Source: Antedon mediterranea
Lineage: Eukaryota > Animalia > Echinodermata
Assembly: GCF_964355755.1 (NCBI RefSeq)
Contig: NC_092676.1
Span: 14,154,871 to 14,218,870 of the forward strand
Direction of reading: 5' to 3'
DNA: 64,000 bases
Both the position numbers and the translations under genes were made by a program. Numbering within the stretch: position 1 is the first letter of the stretch; each line of letters starts with the position of its first letter. The notes under the pieces were generated by a model. That model was not told the DNA's origin and did no database searches. It saw only the letters and a program-made list of their open reading frames with translations. Below, piece by piece: positions 38,033 to 52,109 of this stretch.

Positions 38033-40809
38033 ATAACGAAAGTATAAAATGCCAGACTATATTAGTTTGGGTGTTTTTCGTGGTGTATCAATTATTTGAT
38101 ACATTAGAGATAAAATAAAAAAGTGGACAAAAATCGAACGAAAAACACATTGCTGCGGGAACACGAATTGTTAAGTTTATTAATTTACATTTTATATTTA
38201 TTTCACTGGTTTTGATATTTTGCAATTTTTTTTGTATGGGAGATTTGTTACCTACTTGCTACTTTTTAAATTAAATTGTGGTCTACCAGTAACCCATGCT
38301 CCGCATGGTTTGCTTGCCTTAATAATAATTCGCATGGCATTAGAATGCGCACTCTTCCCGGCCCCTGACAAATTATTTTAAAAAAAACCAAACACATTGT
38401 CAATAATACAATTCGGAACTATTACGGCCATTGATTTTGTTATACACGGAGTAATTACTTTATTTTGAAATATCTGTAAGCTACAAAATGAAAGCAATAC
38501 TGGATATGGGACTTTGTGCAGTGTGAATATTAATCTAGTGTGCGCCTCAGAAAGTGACAACGTGCAGGAAAGGGACATGCACGTTGAAGTCTGTTAATCA
38601 GTCGACAGATTAAAACATTTTAATGATAAAATATGAATTGGTAAGTTATCAATTAAGATGTGAAGTATTGGAATAATAATAATGCTTACGGACTCTGAAA
38701 TCAACACAAAAGGTAGTCGAAATTAGATGATACGCTCGGACACAAACCTTTACATTTTGGGTGTATTTTTCGTTGATATTTGATATTTAACAACCTCCCA
38801 TAAAATGCTGAAAAGCTAAAAAAAATGACACCTATTTTGATTCGTTTTATTTGTGTTTTTTAATTAATAATTATTTTTTTTCATTTACAATTGTTTTTAT
38901 TTTTAATGGTTTTTTATATTTTGCATTTTTTTTGTTGGTTTGGTATCATTTTTTGCTACTTTTATAATTACATTGTGGTTTAGATTTTTTGCTTTAAGCG
39001 GAGATACTTATTATTTAAACTATCGGGGATTTGAACTCGAACCTACTAACTAACCTGCTAAGCATTAATAATAATGGCAACGGCGATTTACTCACTGAGC
39101 TAAACCGTAATTTACAAATTACATTCTGTTCCAAGGATAGGTGTAATAAATTAAAACTTCAACAGTATCATTCGATACGGTTGACTAACGACTGTTTTTT
39201 TTTTTTCGGGGCCCAGCATGGTATTTGTAGATCCGGCCATGGCGGTACACAATATTAGTTTATACAGTGACGTAACATGGTCACCGAGACGTCAAATTAC
39301 TGCTTTTTTTTAAAGTATTTATCTATAAAATTCAGGAAAGTGACATAGCCTATCGTGTGCGGCTCACCAATAAACATCAGTGTGCCAAATGTGGGCACGT
39401 ACCGTTTAGTGGTTTTGGAGGAGATATGTAATACGCGAAAAATGTAGTAGCATATTAATGTATAGAAAATCACATGCCTGCGTTAAATGCTCTTTCTGTA
39501 TTGTTTGTTTTATTTGTTCTTTATTTGTATTGTGTTATTTATTTTCTATAACCTTATGACAATTTGTATGCAAACTAAAAAGTGAATGATAATAATTACG
39601 GGTAGACCTACAACCATCAAGTTATTTAGCCTTGACCCAATTCATCTCATTAATTTCAAATACAACAATTTAATAATAATCAGAGTTCAATAGTATCTAA
39701 TTACGTACGTAGGTTTTGTATGAATATTCATTATTAATTTATTCTATTTTGAACTTGTATCATGTTTGTTTACAAAATTGTAAACCTTAAACAAACATCA
39801 TGGACTTGGTCAATGTAAATTTCAATTAATTAGACACATCTTCAAGAACTGAGACTGAGATATATATCTTTCAAAATATTGTTGAAATGTTTCTTCCTTG
39901 CGTGTATCATTGTCGTCATTCAATAAGCCAAAGTAGGCCTAACACAGTAATGCTATTCTTTCAACTCAAAATGTTCAACAAAATAATTAAGCAAAGGTGA
40001 ATACAAATTAATGAAAATTAATTTCATATTCCCATGCAGCAAAATAACACAACAAATAAGTAAAATACTATAAGTATTAATTTACTATCTAAAACACTCA
40101 CTCACTCACTGACCTCCTAGCGTTAATTTACATTGCCTGCCTGGAATAGACTCAGAAATATCAATGTTTTGTAAATTAATTTTGCACTAAATATTATAGT
40201 TTATATTCCAAATCAAAATACTATTAACAGAACAAAAAACTCCTAGCTCCATAAAAGTCTCTCCAAACGAAATGTGTACAGTTGTTTGTGACAAAAGCAA
40301 AGTGACTACATACTTTTTATTTCATACAGATCTAGCCAAATGGGTTGTTGTGATTTGCATGTCATTTTTCCGGCTTGTCTCATGAATAATGTATGACATT
40401 AAGATTAGTGTCCTCCAAAAACTTTAACAATGAAAGATTAATAAAATCAGACTTTAAATAGGCCTAAGCCATTTTGAATGTGTAATAAAGTTATTCATTT
40501 CCGTAGAAATGCCCAATACATTATTCATTTCTGTATTAAAAAATAATGCACACGAGATCATTTATTCATGAATGCTATTTCAGATTGATTATTTATGGTT
40601 AGTTTCAGCAAAGACCGAAATCGTCGCACATATTTTTTTCCCAGAAAATTTGGCAATATTGTTTGTTACATCATAACTAATCACAATTAATTTTCTTAAA
40701 TAATTTTATTATACAATATTCATAAATACAGTACAATATTCACAGACAATATTTTCTATTATTACAAAGTACATAATTAGTGGGGTTCCTTAGCTCTAAA
40801 AAAATGGTC

Positions 40810-43385
40810 GATACTCCAAATTTGGTTAGAAGCATGACATTTGGTATAGCAACTCGTATCGAAAATTTGCAACTTGTAAGATTGAAGGCCAGTTAAACTT
40901 TGACCTTTGACCTCAGATAATGTCAGATTCCTCCGTACATCCCAGAAACACAAAAAATAATGGCAACTGATACAAAAGTACTACTTTCTATTCATGTTTA
41001 AGGTCATGCTCAGTATAGTCAGTAAAAAAGTGAAACACATTTTCCAAATGAAGAAAGATGTTCCAATCAAAGAAAATGACCAAAAAAAATCTTACTTGAC
41101 CAAACAATCCATAATCAAAATGTTTATACCTGTACTACAATATAACATATTTTCCATCAGTGTTGCATTGTGCTAGCTATTTCTCAAACCATTCTAGATA
41201 TCACAATTGTAATTACATTTAATGTTACTTGTGGTAATATGTTTTTGTTGATAGCTGGTCTAGACCATGGATGAGCAAAATATGTACAAATTGCTACATG
41301 ATAACTTCGACTTAAAAGGCACTTGCACCGACCATATTTTAATCGGATTACACATCAATATAGTCATGTCAAATAATTGTATTGATAGGAGATTAAATGA
41401 TTTTAAACTATATTGTATAGTGTCCACAGTTTATCCGAACATTCAATTTAAATTTAACTGATACCAATAAATAACTTCAGTTACTTTGGAATTACTAGAG
41501 TAGGCCTACTTTTAGTTACTGTGTTTGGGATTGATGGAATTGGTGGAAAAGACTACTTTTAGTAGCCCAACACTCTTTCAGTCACTAAAAATCTCTGTAA
41601 ACATATTGTAAGGATGCGTGTTAACTAATGGTGTTATTGTAAGGATCTTCTTTGACAAACTTTTAGGAATATAGACCTGTAAAATTCACTCGTTTAATGA
41701 TACCAGTATAATGTTTTTCAGAGGATTCAAATCAGCTCCTTGTCAAGTAGACCAGGGCTTCCTTTTATTACACACACTGTATAATGTAGTCTTCAAAGTT
41801 ACGTGCGAAGATATTCCTACAATAAGCGGAGGTCCAATAGCTTTATTAGAGAGATCATGGAGTATTTACTCCATGGAGAGATCCCATAGCTTGATTAGAG
41901 AGGTCACATAGCTTGATTAGAGATCCCATAGCTTGATTAGAGTGGTCCTATAGCTTGATTAGAGAGGCACCATTGCCATGTTTCTACACACTCAGCACAC
42001 CCATTTTTTTGTTAGCTAATACCCTTAAACACAATAATCACGAGGTGTGCCGTTGCAAATTTACTGCGGTCACCTTGAAATCCAAGAAGGCGCAAAAAAT
42101 GGCCGCCATTTTATAGTAATGCATTTTATTGTTATAGGCCTAACTTAATAAATAATTTATGTATTTTGTTGAAAATAAGGTTGATTAATAGCTATTTACA
42201 TTATCTATTCAATCAAATTGTGTCGTCATTTCGTAAAATGTTTCATTAGAGCAAATATAAATATATATATTCTGAATAAATCAGTGAAAAAAATCAACTC
42301 TCTCTGACTAGTATGGTAACCCTGTAATTTAACTCTAATTTGCATATCATCGGGATGAGTGACAAATTTTGATCTCCTCATCATATGTGACCATTTAAAA
42401 AAGAAAAATGTGTTTCACTTTAAGTTGTTTTAGATAGATTGCCTAGCCTATTGGTAAATTCATCTAATAATAATTGTTTTAAAAAATCTGAGAATCTACG
42501 CTCGACATTGTTAGAAATTGCACTCAGTCATAATCAATATTATTACAGCAAATGCATATAAAACATTATGAGGTTTTGCATTGAAAATAAGGGGACCGCC
42601 CATACAAATATATGTGGGGTGGTAGAAGCTGGTCTGTATGAGTAAATAATCAGAACAAGTATGACCCATTTATTGTTTAAATGAACTTTACCAGATGGAC
42701 TTGAAATGTTTAGGCAATTGATTAGAACATTGGCCCAAACACAACCAGCTTGATGATAGGCAGACCGAGAATAGGGTTTAATGTGTTGTTCAGGGCTTAT
42801 TTAGTTGGTGGTATGTTTTCATATGATTGCTGATTTTTTTAGAAAAGATTAAATCTAGCGTCAAACATATGGAATGATCCCCCTCAGAATTCTGATGTAA
42901 GGGCAACACAGTATTGCGATGGACTAAATTGAATATTTCATATGTTGTGTAGCCTATACGACAAAGTGGATGACGCTAGATTTAACCTTTTCACCAAAAA
43001 GACACAATTACCGGAGGGCTGGTTTATAATTTTCCCAGTATAATGTTAAATTAAGATATAAGCAGTTAATAAAAAAAGATTTTCCTCTTATTTCTTTTAC
43101 ATGTTAACATGATACTGTACTGTCAGTAGGTCCAGATCTATCATTTTTAAATAACTCTTATAGTATTGAGTTAAATGCATATGTTTCTATTCAACATGAA
43201 TAGAAAGTAGTACCTCTGAATCATTTGCCATTATTTTCGTGTTTCTAGGATGTACGGTTTATGAGTTCTGATGAAACGGACATTATCTGAGGTCAAATGT
43301 CAAATTTCCTCAAATCTTAAAAGTTGCGAATTTTTGTTACAAGTTGCCATACCAAGTTTTATGCTTCTAACCAAATTTGAAGGAT
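40810..43385. mobile_element. Non-autonomous DNA transposon with ~200-bp imperfect TIRs
   Basis: CAAATTTGGTTAGAAGCAT...TTTGACCTCAGATAATGTC at ~40817-40924 is mirrored at ~43279-43379; internal ~20-bp tandem CATAGCTTGATTAGAG at 41885-41965; possible coding scraps ~42560-43020. Confidence 0.65.
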
Positions 43386-44223
43386 TTTGGGTCTAAATAG
43401 TCCGACCTATATTTAGGAATAGAATACAGTACATACATCTATATTATAAGATAGACAATTCAGTCATGATTTACAGCATCATTATAGGCCTACATAATAT
43501 CAATACGGTATCAATACACAACTATAGGGTGTAGCAGATGGTTTTCCTTTCTTAATGTTCATTTGTTTGAAAATTAACCAGTTTATTAAAAAAATCAATG
43601 CTTATTTTTATATTTGAAAAAAAATCTTGATATTCTTTAACAAAAATGTATTATCAAAATCCTGTCTCCCTACAATGTAGTGAAATTTTACTCAATATTG
43701 TAAGTTGCCAAGTTTAAAACAATTTTTAGTAAGAAAGTAACATCACATAAGACATATCAATAATAATGAGTAAATTCAGTCCAGAAGGAAAACAATAATT
43801 GAGTAATGTATTTATGAAAACATTTATGAAAACACTTCTGATACAGTTTCAGATCAAGGTGTTACAAACAGGAGTATATAGCGCGCGGCAACTGAATAAT
43901 AAAATATATATTGTGCCCGGGATTGTGCCTCACGTGTAGAATTTATTCTACAACCTTGCAATTAAATATATCAATTACTACATTAATATACTTCTTTACA
44001 TAACAAATAATACATTTCTCAACATGTAAAATTCTTTTCTCATAAAATATAAATATACAAACTAATTAAAGCTTTACTTATAATCATGTTTACTCGATAA
44101 TACATGTTGTAAAATAAAAAGTTGTTCAAATGAGTAGACAGTCCGTAATTTGTAATACATTTAATGATATGACATAAATTGAGACAATTAGAGATTCAAA
44201 AAGTAGTAGTCATGTGGCAGGAG

Positions 44224-45778
44224 GTGGGAATCACCACCCGAAAGAGGACAAATTGCCATCCAACTTATCTAGACCAGAATTTTTCGTAGATTACGAATCT
44301 GGAAGGTAATCGGGATAGGAAGCGTTTTCGAGCTACAAGAAGTCAAAGTTCAAAATTGACCAATTACAACAATGTATTATGTATATGTATTATAACACAT
44401 TTATTGAAGTACAACTTGGTCTTTTATTACATTTTTATGATTATAGGACTATTCTATTCAATCACAACATAAAAAAATCCTTTGTGAGTAAGGGTCAAAT
44501 GTCAATATTTACCAATTGTACCTATAAAACCAAATAAAAACTAATATTTAACAAATATTGTTTTCTCATCTTGTTAATCAATCATACACAATGTAAAAGA
44601 GCGAATACATTTCATCAGTTGACATAATGTCAATTTCATCTGTTGACATAAGGTCAAAGGTCAACATTTTAATATGCGTATTAGTTACCAAATAAATGCA
44701 AAGTTGTCCAAACTATGATATCGATGGTTTTACAAGTAATCAAATTATTTGATCAGTAAAGTTATGTTATTTCATTATCATTTTGATTAATATAATTATG
44801 ATAATGCAAAAACAGACTTTTGGAACAGACAGGAAGCGTTTTCAAGATATAGGGGTCAAAGTTCAAAATTGACCATATATATATATGTATTATAACCAAT
44901 GTAGTGAAGTTCAATTTGGTCTTTTAATACATTTGTATGGATATAGGCATCTACTTAGTCACCTTATAAACAAATACTATGCAATTAAAGGTCAAATGTC
45001 AAAATTGACCAATCACAAAATTTGCCTATATAACCAAATAAAAACTATATTGCCAACATAAAGAAGCAGATCAAACCAGATAGTTTATTACCTCAAAATG
45101 AATATCGCAGGCCTGCAAACATGTTCTGACCAATCTGCAAATTTGCAAAATGAATTTTGAAAAGTTTTACAAGTCGTGCTTTAACCATTTGTTTTTTCAA
45201 GGTCAGCGTAACATTTTAAGTCTGATTTGATTAATTATCTAATTAAAAACTTTACTGATCAAATAATTTGATTACTTGTAAAACCATCGATATCATAGTT
45301 TGGACAACTTTGCATTTAATTGGTAACTAATATGCATATTAAAATGTTGACCTTTGATCTTATGTCAACTGATGAAATTATTAACCTTATGTCAACTTGC
45401 GTCTGATTGATTAACCAGGATGAGAAAACATCCAATTTTTGTTAAATATTAGTTTTCATTTGGTTTTATAGGTACATTCTATGATTGGTCAATATTTACA
45501 TTTGACTCTTAATCACAAAGAATTTTTTTTATAAGGTGATTGAATAGACATTTATAATCATAAAAATGTAATAAAAGACCAACTTGTGCTTCAATAAATT
45601 TGTTACAATACATATACATAATACATTGTTGTAATTGGTCAATTTTGAACTTTGACCCTTATATCTCGAAAGCGCTTCCTATCCTGATCGATTACCTATT
45701 CGATTCATAATCTACGGAAAATTCTGGTCTAGAAAAGTTGCCACCGGACTATTATTTTTCAGCTGGTGATGTTCTCAC
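44224..45778. mobile_element. Foldback (long inverted repeat) element
   Basis: Left arm ~44224-44765 is the reverse complement of ~45250-45778 (e.g. CTAGACCAGAATTTT / AAAATTCTGGTCTAG; TGTCCAAACTATGATATCGATGG / CCATCGATATCATAGTTTGGACA). Confidence 0.85.
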
Positions 45779-46432
45779 ATTTTAATACACATAATTATGG
45801 CATGTCTACATTAGGTAACCTTTCAGTAAGTCAATCCATGAAGGAAGGGATTTATGTGCATAGACACATTTAGAGATGTACAGTATTGTCTTCACAAAAA
45901 AAAAGAAAAATAAAGATGAATAAAAGCAACCAGAGCAATTTTGTAGATTTAATAGATATTCACTTCCAGAGGGAAAAAAATTACTAATATAAAAAGACAA
46001 AATAAAAATGTAAAAAAAAAAATGGGATTCTGGTTGACCCCCATTTCCTTTAAATTCGTCTTTTCAGGTAAATAATTTTTTCCCTGATCCAATTTTTGTT
46101 CAAAGTGAATAACTATGAAAATGACATATCCAACAAAGAATTGTTTAAAAAAAAAATTTTCTATGGGGACAATATATATATATATAATATACAGCAAATA
46201 TGTACTGTTAAATCTATGAATTTATGCCATTGACCACCCGGATGTATTAGCTTTAAAAAAAAAATGAAACATGCAAATAGTTTACTTTAGGGTTGTGAAC
46301 CATTTGCCATTACTGTATAATATATAAAGAAACACATGACAGTCACAATGTGGAATGGATTTGCTTCATCATATGCTACATACATTACAGTGTAATTTGA
46401 TTCATAAATTTTAGGAATGCCAGTGGATTTTG

Positions 46433-48123
46433 CTAGCAAAATGGAGAGGCTGTTGGATCCTTGGTTTTAAAAACATCTTTGAGTGGTGCAGGTGGTTGCT
46501 GAACTGTATGCAAAGGTGGTTGTGGAAGTGGTGTTGCAGCATCATGACCAAGCCAAGTACCAGAGCTAGATTCGCTACTGATTGTTGTTGGAGTATGTGT
46601 CATTCGAGGTTGGTGACCAGAGTTAAATGAGCCTAGCATTTGAGGCATATTGTGATGAGCATTGGGTACAGGACGATGCACCATAGCATTAGAATTGTTA
46701 GAATTATCTGAATTACTGTTAGTATCAACTCGTGCAATTTTAGGAATTGAAAATCCACCCCCACTATCATTATTGTCATCTTTCATTGGTCTTTTTCTAG
46801 GATCGGATAGATCAGAGTTATTTATTTGAGATTTCACATTTTGACGCTGTAATCTAGGATTAATTGCACGCTGCCTTGGATCAGATGGTGGTGGGTGAAT
46901 TCTTGGATCTGAAGCTGGTCCTCGAGGTTCTGGCAGTAAAGGTTGAGTTCTTGGATCGTGTGGTCCAGATACAGGTACATTACTTCTCCTGGACAGACGG
47001 GGGTCATTTAAAACAGATTTTGGGGGTTCATTTGTTGGATTACTATGTGATACACCACAAGGTGCTAAAGAAGGTCGCCAATTACCAGCTCCCATGTCAT
47101 GTCTAACTGGTGCATTTGGTGGAAACCTTGGCCTTGGTCCAGGAAATGGTAATCTTTGAGGAAGCCCTCTTGGCATCATATTTCTTGGTGGTGGGCATAA
47201 ATTGGACGACATCCTATTTTGTGGTCGTAAAACAGGAAAATGTGGTTGCCGTGGGGGACTAAAGGGTGTTGAATAATTGTTTTCAGGATCTGGTTTTAGT
47301 CTTGGATCTCTAAACACAGGAGGTGGTCTTATCGATGAAGTGTCTTGACCAGATCCTAACCACATGCCATCATTTTTATTTGGCGGGCCTCCTGGTCCCG
47401 AAAACCTCTGAGGCCTTACGTGTTGTATTGGTGGTGGTGAAGCTCCAACACCAAAATCTGCAGGTGGTCTTAGCAAAGCTGCTGGCATAGATGGTCTTAT
47501 CCTTGGATCATGTGGTGGGCTCTTAATTGGAGCAATTTGAGGGCTATTATTTGATCCTGAAGGTACACCTGTATCCTTTAACTTTTGTAATCGTGGGTCT
47601 GATGGCTTTACTATTGGTTGAGTTAATTGTGGAAATCCAATTCTACTTTTGAGTTCAGTTGGAGTAGTCAGTTCAATTGGTGTAGGTGGATCATTAACAG
47701 TATGTTCAGTTAAAATCCATTTACAAACCTTAAATGTAAGGTTGCGCAAGTTCTTTCGATCACGACCGATTCTTGGATCTTTTACATCCTGACTATGTGT
47801 TATGTCTACAAGTCGAAAATCACATGGGGATGATGGTGCAGATGGCATTTCATTTGCTGCATTAATATCCACAGTTAATGAGTTCTTTGGTTGAACTTTT
47901 TTATCTGTATTTGTTGGATTAGAAGATGCATTGGCTACAGTTGGTACAAGTCCGGTCATTTCCAGTAAACTAACAATTGCATTTGGAAGCTGATTTTTGG
48001 GCTTTTCAGTCGGAGGTGCTGTTGAGTTTGACGGAGTATTTGTCCGGATTGTTTTTAAAATCATAGATAGATTTTTCTTTGATTCATCTTCTTCATCACT
48101 TGAATACCAATTATCAGCATCAT
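46433..48123 (-). CDS. ZC3H4: ZC3H4/ZC3H6-like CCCH zinc-finger protein, terminal exon
   Basis: gttaag| acceptor phase 1; NWYSSDEE, Pro-rich region with repeated DPR motifs and family C-terminus LKDVFKTKDPTASPFC*. Confidence 0.9.
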
Positions 48124-48283
48124 CTTAACAAAACAATACAAATATAGTAAAGTAAAGATTCTACTAATTTAAAGAATTATATATTGATGGATATTCATTA
48201 AAAATACTCTACTTTACATTTCCACTGTGAAAAATTAAACTACTTATAGTATTAGTATACTTAATAACAAATTATAAAATGAC

Positions 48284-48472
48284 CTGTTTTTTTTGTTTTT
48301 GGTGCCTCGTCCTCAGTGGCTGAATCACTTTGTTGCTTCTGTTGAATTCTTAGAAATAATTCACGTTGTTTTGCTGGCATTGAGGGAACTGAATTTTTCT
48401 TTGTTTCATTTACTGAATCATTTTCTAATTTTATTGATGGAGCAATACTTGAATTTTCATTAGGCTGCTGAT
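48284..48472 (-). CDS. ZC3H4: ZC3H4-like, penultimate exon
   Basis: ttttag| acceptor, |gtcatt donor, phase 1-1; MPAKQRELFLRIQQKQQ matches a conserved family helix. Confidence 0.85.
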
Positions 48473-48584
48473 CTAAAAAAAAGTATAAAATGTATAATCA
48501 ATCATCTCTCAGCAGCAGATATACTGGAAATTGAGGAAATTCCCACTGATTTTGCCCTTTACAGACCCATGGCATCTATACATA

Positions 48585-49510
48585 GTGTATCAAGTATAAT
48601 CTTTATTCGTTCCCACAAGGAGAAAATTACATTGCTCGTCTTCAAATACATCATAATTACAATATATAAAATAACATGACAATACAACAATACCAATATT
48701 AAAAACTCACAACAAGAACATATTATTACATATTATTTCATGGTGCTCATCTGGATGAATGTCGCTGATGTCTCCTGATACCTGTGGGCAGAAAGGAGAA
48801 AAGATATCGGTTTGCGTCAGCAGCCGCGGATCGCAATCTTCCACTACGAGCACTCCTGAGACTGCCTAAATCGGAATTCACAGGATGACTTTCATCCCTC
48901 AACACCATCCCAAAAAGCCTGTCCAGGTTCTCGCAATAAACTGAATCCACCAACTGCTGACACAAACCAGACATCCTCTCAACCCTTCTTACCACACGAT
49001 CAATTCTACCCTTATCTCCCTCTGTAACATTTCCACCCCACCCTGCAATACAATATTTCCAAACCCCAACAATAATAGACTGATAGAATGTAATCAAAAT
49101 ATTATTATTTACACTGAACTTGTTTAGTTGTCTTAAACAGTACATTCTAGTATTTACTTTCTTCATAACGAGATCCAAGTGGTTACTCCACGTCAATTTA
49201 TTGTTAATACAACCCCCAGATATTTATATGTTTCCACCCTCTGAATTTGTCTACCCATTATGTCAACTAGATCACATTTATTCGTTTTGTTTCTAAAATC
49301 TATAATCATTTCCTTTGTTTTTTCAACATTCAATTCTAAAAAGTTATCATTACTATATTTTACAAAATTATTAATCTCATTTAAATATGAAGTGCAATCG
49401 TCCTTCTGAATCAAGCCAATCATCGCCGTATCGTCAGCAAATCGTACAACTGGGCAAGAATCATATTTAGATATATAATCACTTGTATACGAGGCAAACA
49501 AAAAAGGAAG
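48585..49510 (-). mobile_element. Decayed L2-like LINE 3' fragment in ZC3H4 intron
   Basis: YTSD..RFADDTAMIGLI..LNVEKTKEMIIDFR..YKYLGV and TWSNH..KVNTRMYCLRQL; AATAAAG tail. Confidence 0.85.
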
Positions 49511-49597
49511 TCCATGCATACAAGTGTGGAAAACTTGAGGAAACTTTAATCTTTTTTGCCAGGCAATGATACAGTCCAGATTGATTGATTGAAATAT

Positions 49598-49888
49598 ATA
49601 TTTATACTGGGTAACCTCTTTAGTCAAAGACTGGTCTCCCAGAGGGCTCAGTTATCAGTGGCTGTGATGTACTAGTACACCGGGGTAACCCCCTACTCGT
49701 CTCGAAAGATGTACTAGGTTCTTTAAAGTGCACACGAGCTAGATGTGTACACTGGACCTACGGTTTATAGTCCTTATCCGAGAAGACTCGTTCTACCACC
49801 AGAACCATGGAGTGAGTGAGCCTCGAACCCCTGCCGATAATATGGCTACGTAATTACGGTTCCACTGACTCGGCCACTCACTCTCACT
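49598..49888 (-). repeat. tRNA-derived SINE with Meta-domain-like core
   Basis: Reverse strand: TGGCCGAG A box, GGTTCGAG B box, then CTCGGATAAGGACTATAAACCGTAGGTCC..GCACTTTAAAGAACC..GAGTAGGGG. Confidence 0.7.
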
Positions 49889-49899
49889 AACTTCTTGCT

Positions 49900-50810
49900 G
49901 TGTAGTTGAATAGCGTATACCCTGTACAAACAATTTAAATAAATTACAGAGAATGATAAAAATGGCTAAGAAGGTAATAGGTGCAGACGTCCCATCTATT
50001 CAGGATATCTGCGATAAGGCTATAGAGAAGAAACTAAAATGTATAATTAATGACAAATCCCACCCTCTTTCTAATTTTTTAAACTTGAGTAAATCTGGTA
50101 GGTTCATCCCTTCAATTAAGAGCACCATAATAATTCATTCCTTGATAATGATATTTAATTAACAATTTTAAACAACAATAAGTGTTCTGTATTTTAAAAT
50201 CTTAACTCAATCATAGTTAATCATGTCCAGTTTTTACTGTTTTAATCTTTTACTGTTTTTACATTATTGTATTGTTTTTTGTATTTATTTTTGTCATGTT
50301 TTTTAACCTTGGAATACAAATTTCAAATACTATGTATTTGACAATAAATTTGAAGATGAATCAAGTGAAATCAAATGAATGAAGTTTCTATTTTTTTTAA
50401 AATATTTTCACATATTAGCTGGATAGCTGAGGCCAATTCAGTTCAATCTAAGATCATAATCCATATAACTCATCCCATCTCTGCTTCAATGCTACCGATT
50501 CAATCACATCAATCAATTTAACTGTTTGAGGAAGCCATGCAGGGATTCCATACTCAAGTATGGGAATAATAAGTGCACGGTACAGTATAATGAAAATATA
50601 GCTGCTGATGAGGTACCTCCAGCAATAATAACCAAGCATCCTATTTGCCGTTGCAGTTACATCAGGTCAGAGTGTAATTGATAATTACACCAAGATGAGA
50701 ATGATGGTACACCCTTTTTGATCTAGTGATCTGTAGAATATTATTATTTGATTTTAATTCCATTTCGCTTAATGTACACCATGTGGAAAGCGAGTTCATC
50801 ATTAACAGTA
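49900..50810. mobile_element. Two short LINE 3' fragments (plus strand ~49900-50350, minus strand ~50400-50810)
   Basis: RMIKMAKKVIG..IINDKSHPL on plus; HLGVII..RMLG..LYRALIIPILEYG on minus. Confidence 0.65.
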
Positions 50811-52109
50811 TGTGGTTTAGTTCAGATATGAACATCACCAATATAATATGTTCAATGAGTTTTTTTATATTATTTCCAGTACTTACTACCAGTCTACAAT
50901 GATTTAAAGACACTAGACCTTCAATTTGTGACGTTTCGTAAAAATAATGCATATATAGAACTTTAAAAACATTAAACCAGGTAATTTCTTGTCTTAAATG
51001 TGCATTGTAAGGTTAATAATGATAAAAAAAGAAAAACAATGCAGTACTAAGTAGCTCATGTTGAAAGTTCTCTCGTAGACGTTTCTAGGTCTAGCTTAGT
51101 TTGGCTTAGTTTTGTAAGCCTAGCTGGTAAAGAGCAGTAACGTACGACCATCATACGCTAGCTATAGGCCTAGCCTGACGTTGTCACGTTGCTGGATTAT
51201 TTGTCTTTCCTTTTTTGGCAGAATCCGTTAATACAAATTTGGGAAGACCTGGCATTTTATCTGAAAAGTTACTGTTTTTTTATTAGAATAGACTTATTTT
51301 TACATTTTTAACCGTTTAAATACAAAAACCATTATCGCAATAGGTCCATGCAGTATTTATTTATTACATAAAATGTAGTGTGTTAAATTAGGTCGAAAAA
51401 ACATAAGTCTAGTGTCTTTACCTCAAACTCTGATATACTATAAAAAGGGTAAAAAAATATAACCATGGAAAGAAATGCTCTGTGAAAATGTCCAAAAAAA
51501 TGGACAACATACAATTCTAGCAATGACATGCCAATTTAATCTTTAAAGTTTTTTGAAAATAATGTGACAAATTATTTTATATTCTTCTACATTTTTTCCC
51601 ATTGTTATGAGCTGCTATTTCTGAAAACAACTGTGAAACACGAAGAATGTTTAAAAAATGTATTTATTAGACCATGATATGAGGTCAAAAGTCATCACAG
51701 TGTATTTGGAATAATATTAAGAAAATTATATTTAATAGTAGATCATCTAAGATGTCAAAATTATATTGCCAGCCTCCAATTTTATAAGAAATTACTTAAA
51801 TTCTAATAAAAGAAAATTTATAGTCAAAAAAAGAAAGAACATGCGCAAATTTTTTATTTAAAGGATGCATTGTCCCCCCTAAAATTGTTGTTGTTGAATA
51901 TGCCATTTTAATGTCACGTAATAGTAATTCACTTCGACCAAAAACTGGATCAGAAAAAAAAATGATTTCATAATAACTCAGCTACAGGTATGGCCGAGTA
52001 TCCTGTTGAAAGAAAGCACTCATTGTAATGTACATTCTGGTGATTTTAACTATAAGAAGCAAATTAAAAGGATATTTAAAAAAAGTTGCATGCAATACCA
52101 GATTTAAGA

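Larger units (their letters stand above)
33755..39466 (-). mobile_element. Non-autonomous Helitron-like family B element(s) split by the intact LINE
   Basis: 33755-34079 plus 38038 onward align with 54797-55279; minus-strand start TCTATACATTAAT at 39466; hairpin CCATGC-GGA-GCATGG followed by CTRR at ~38286-38308 (perfect) and ~33755-33776 (one mismatch). Confidence 0.65.

Noticed and set aside
39025-39106. tRNA-like sequence on the minus strand
   Set aside because: Only A/B-box remnants (TAGCTCAGT, GTTCAAATCCC) with no cloverleaf; lies inside a repeat.
42560-43020. Transposase remnant (VDDARFNLFTKK)
   Set aside because: Too fragmentary to assign a family without a profile search.
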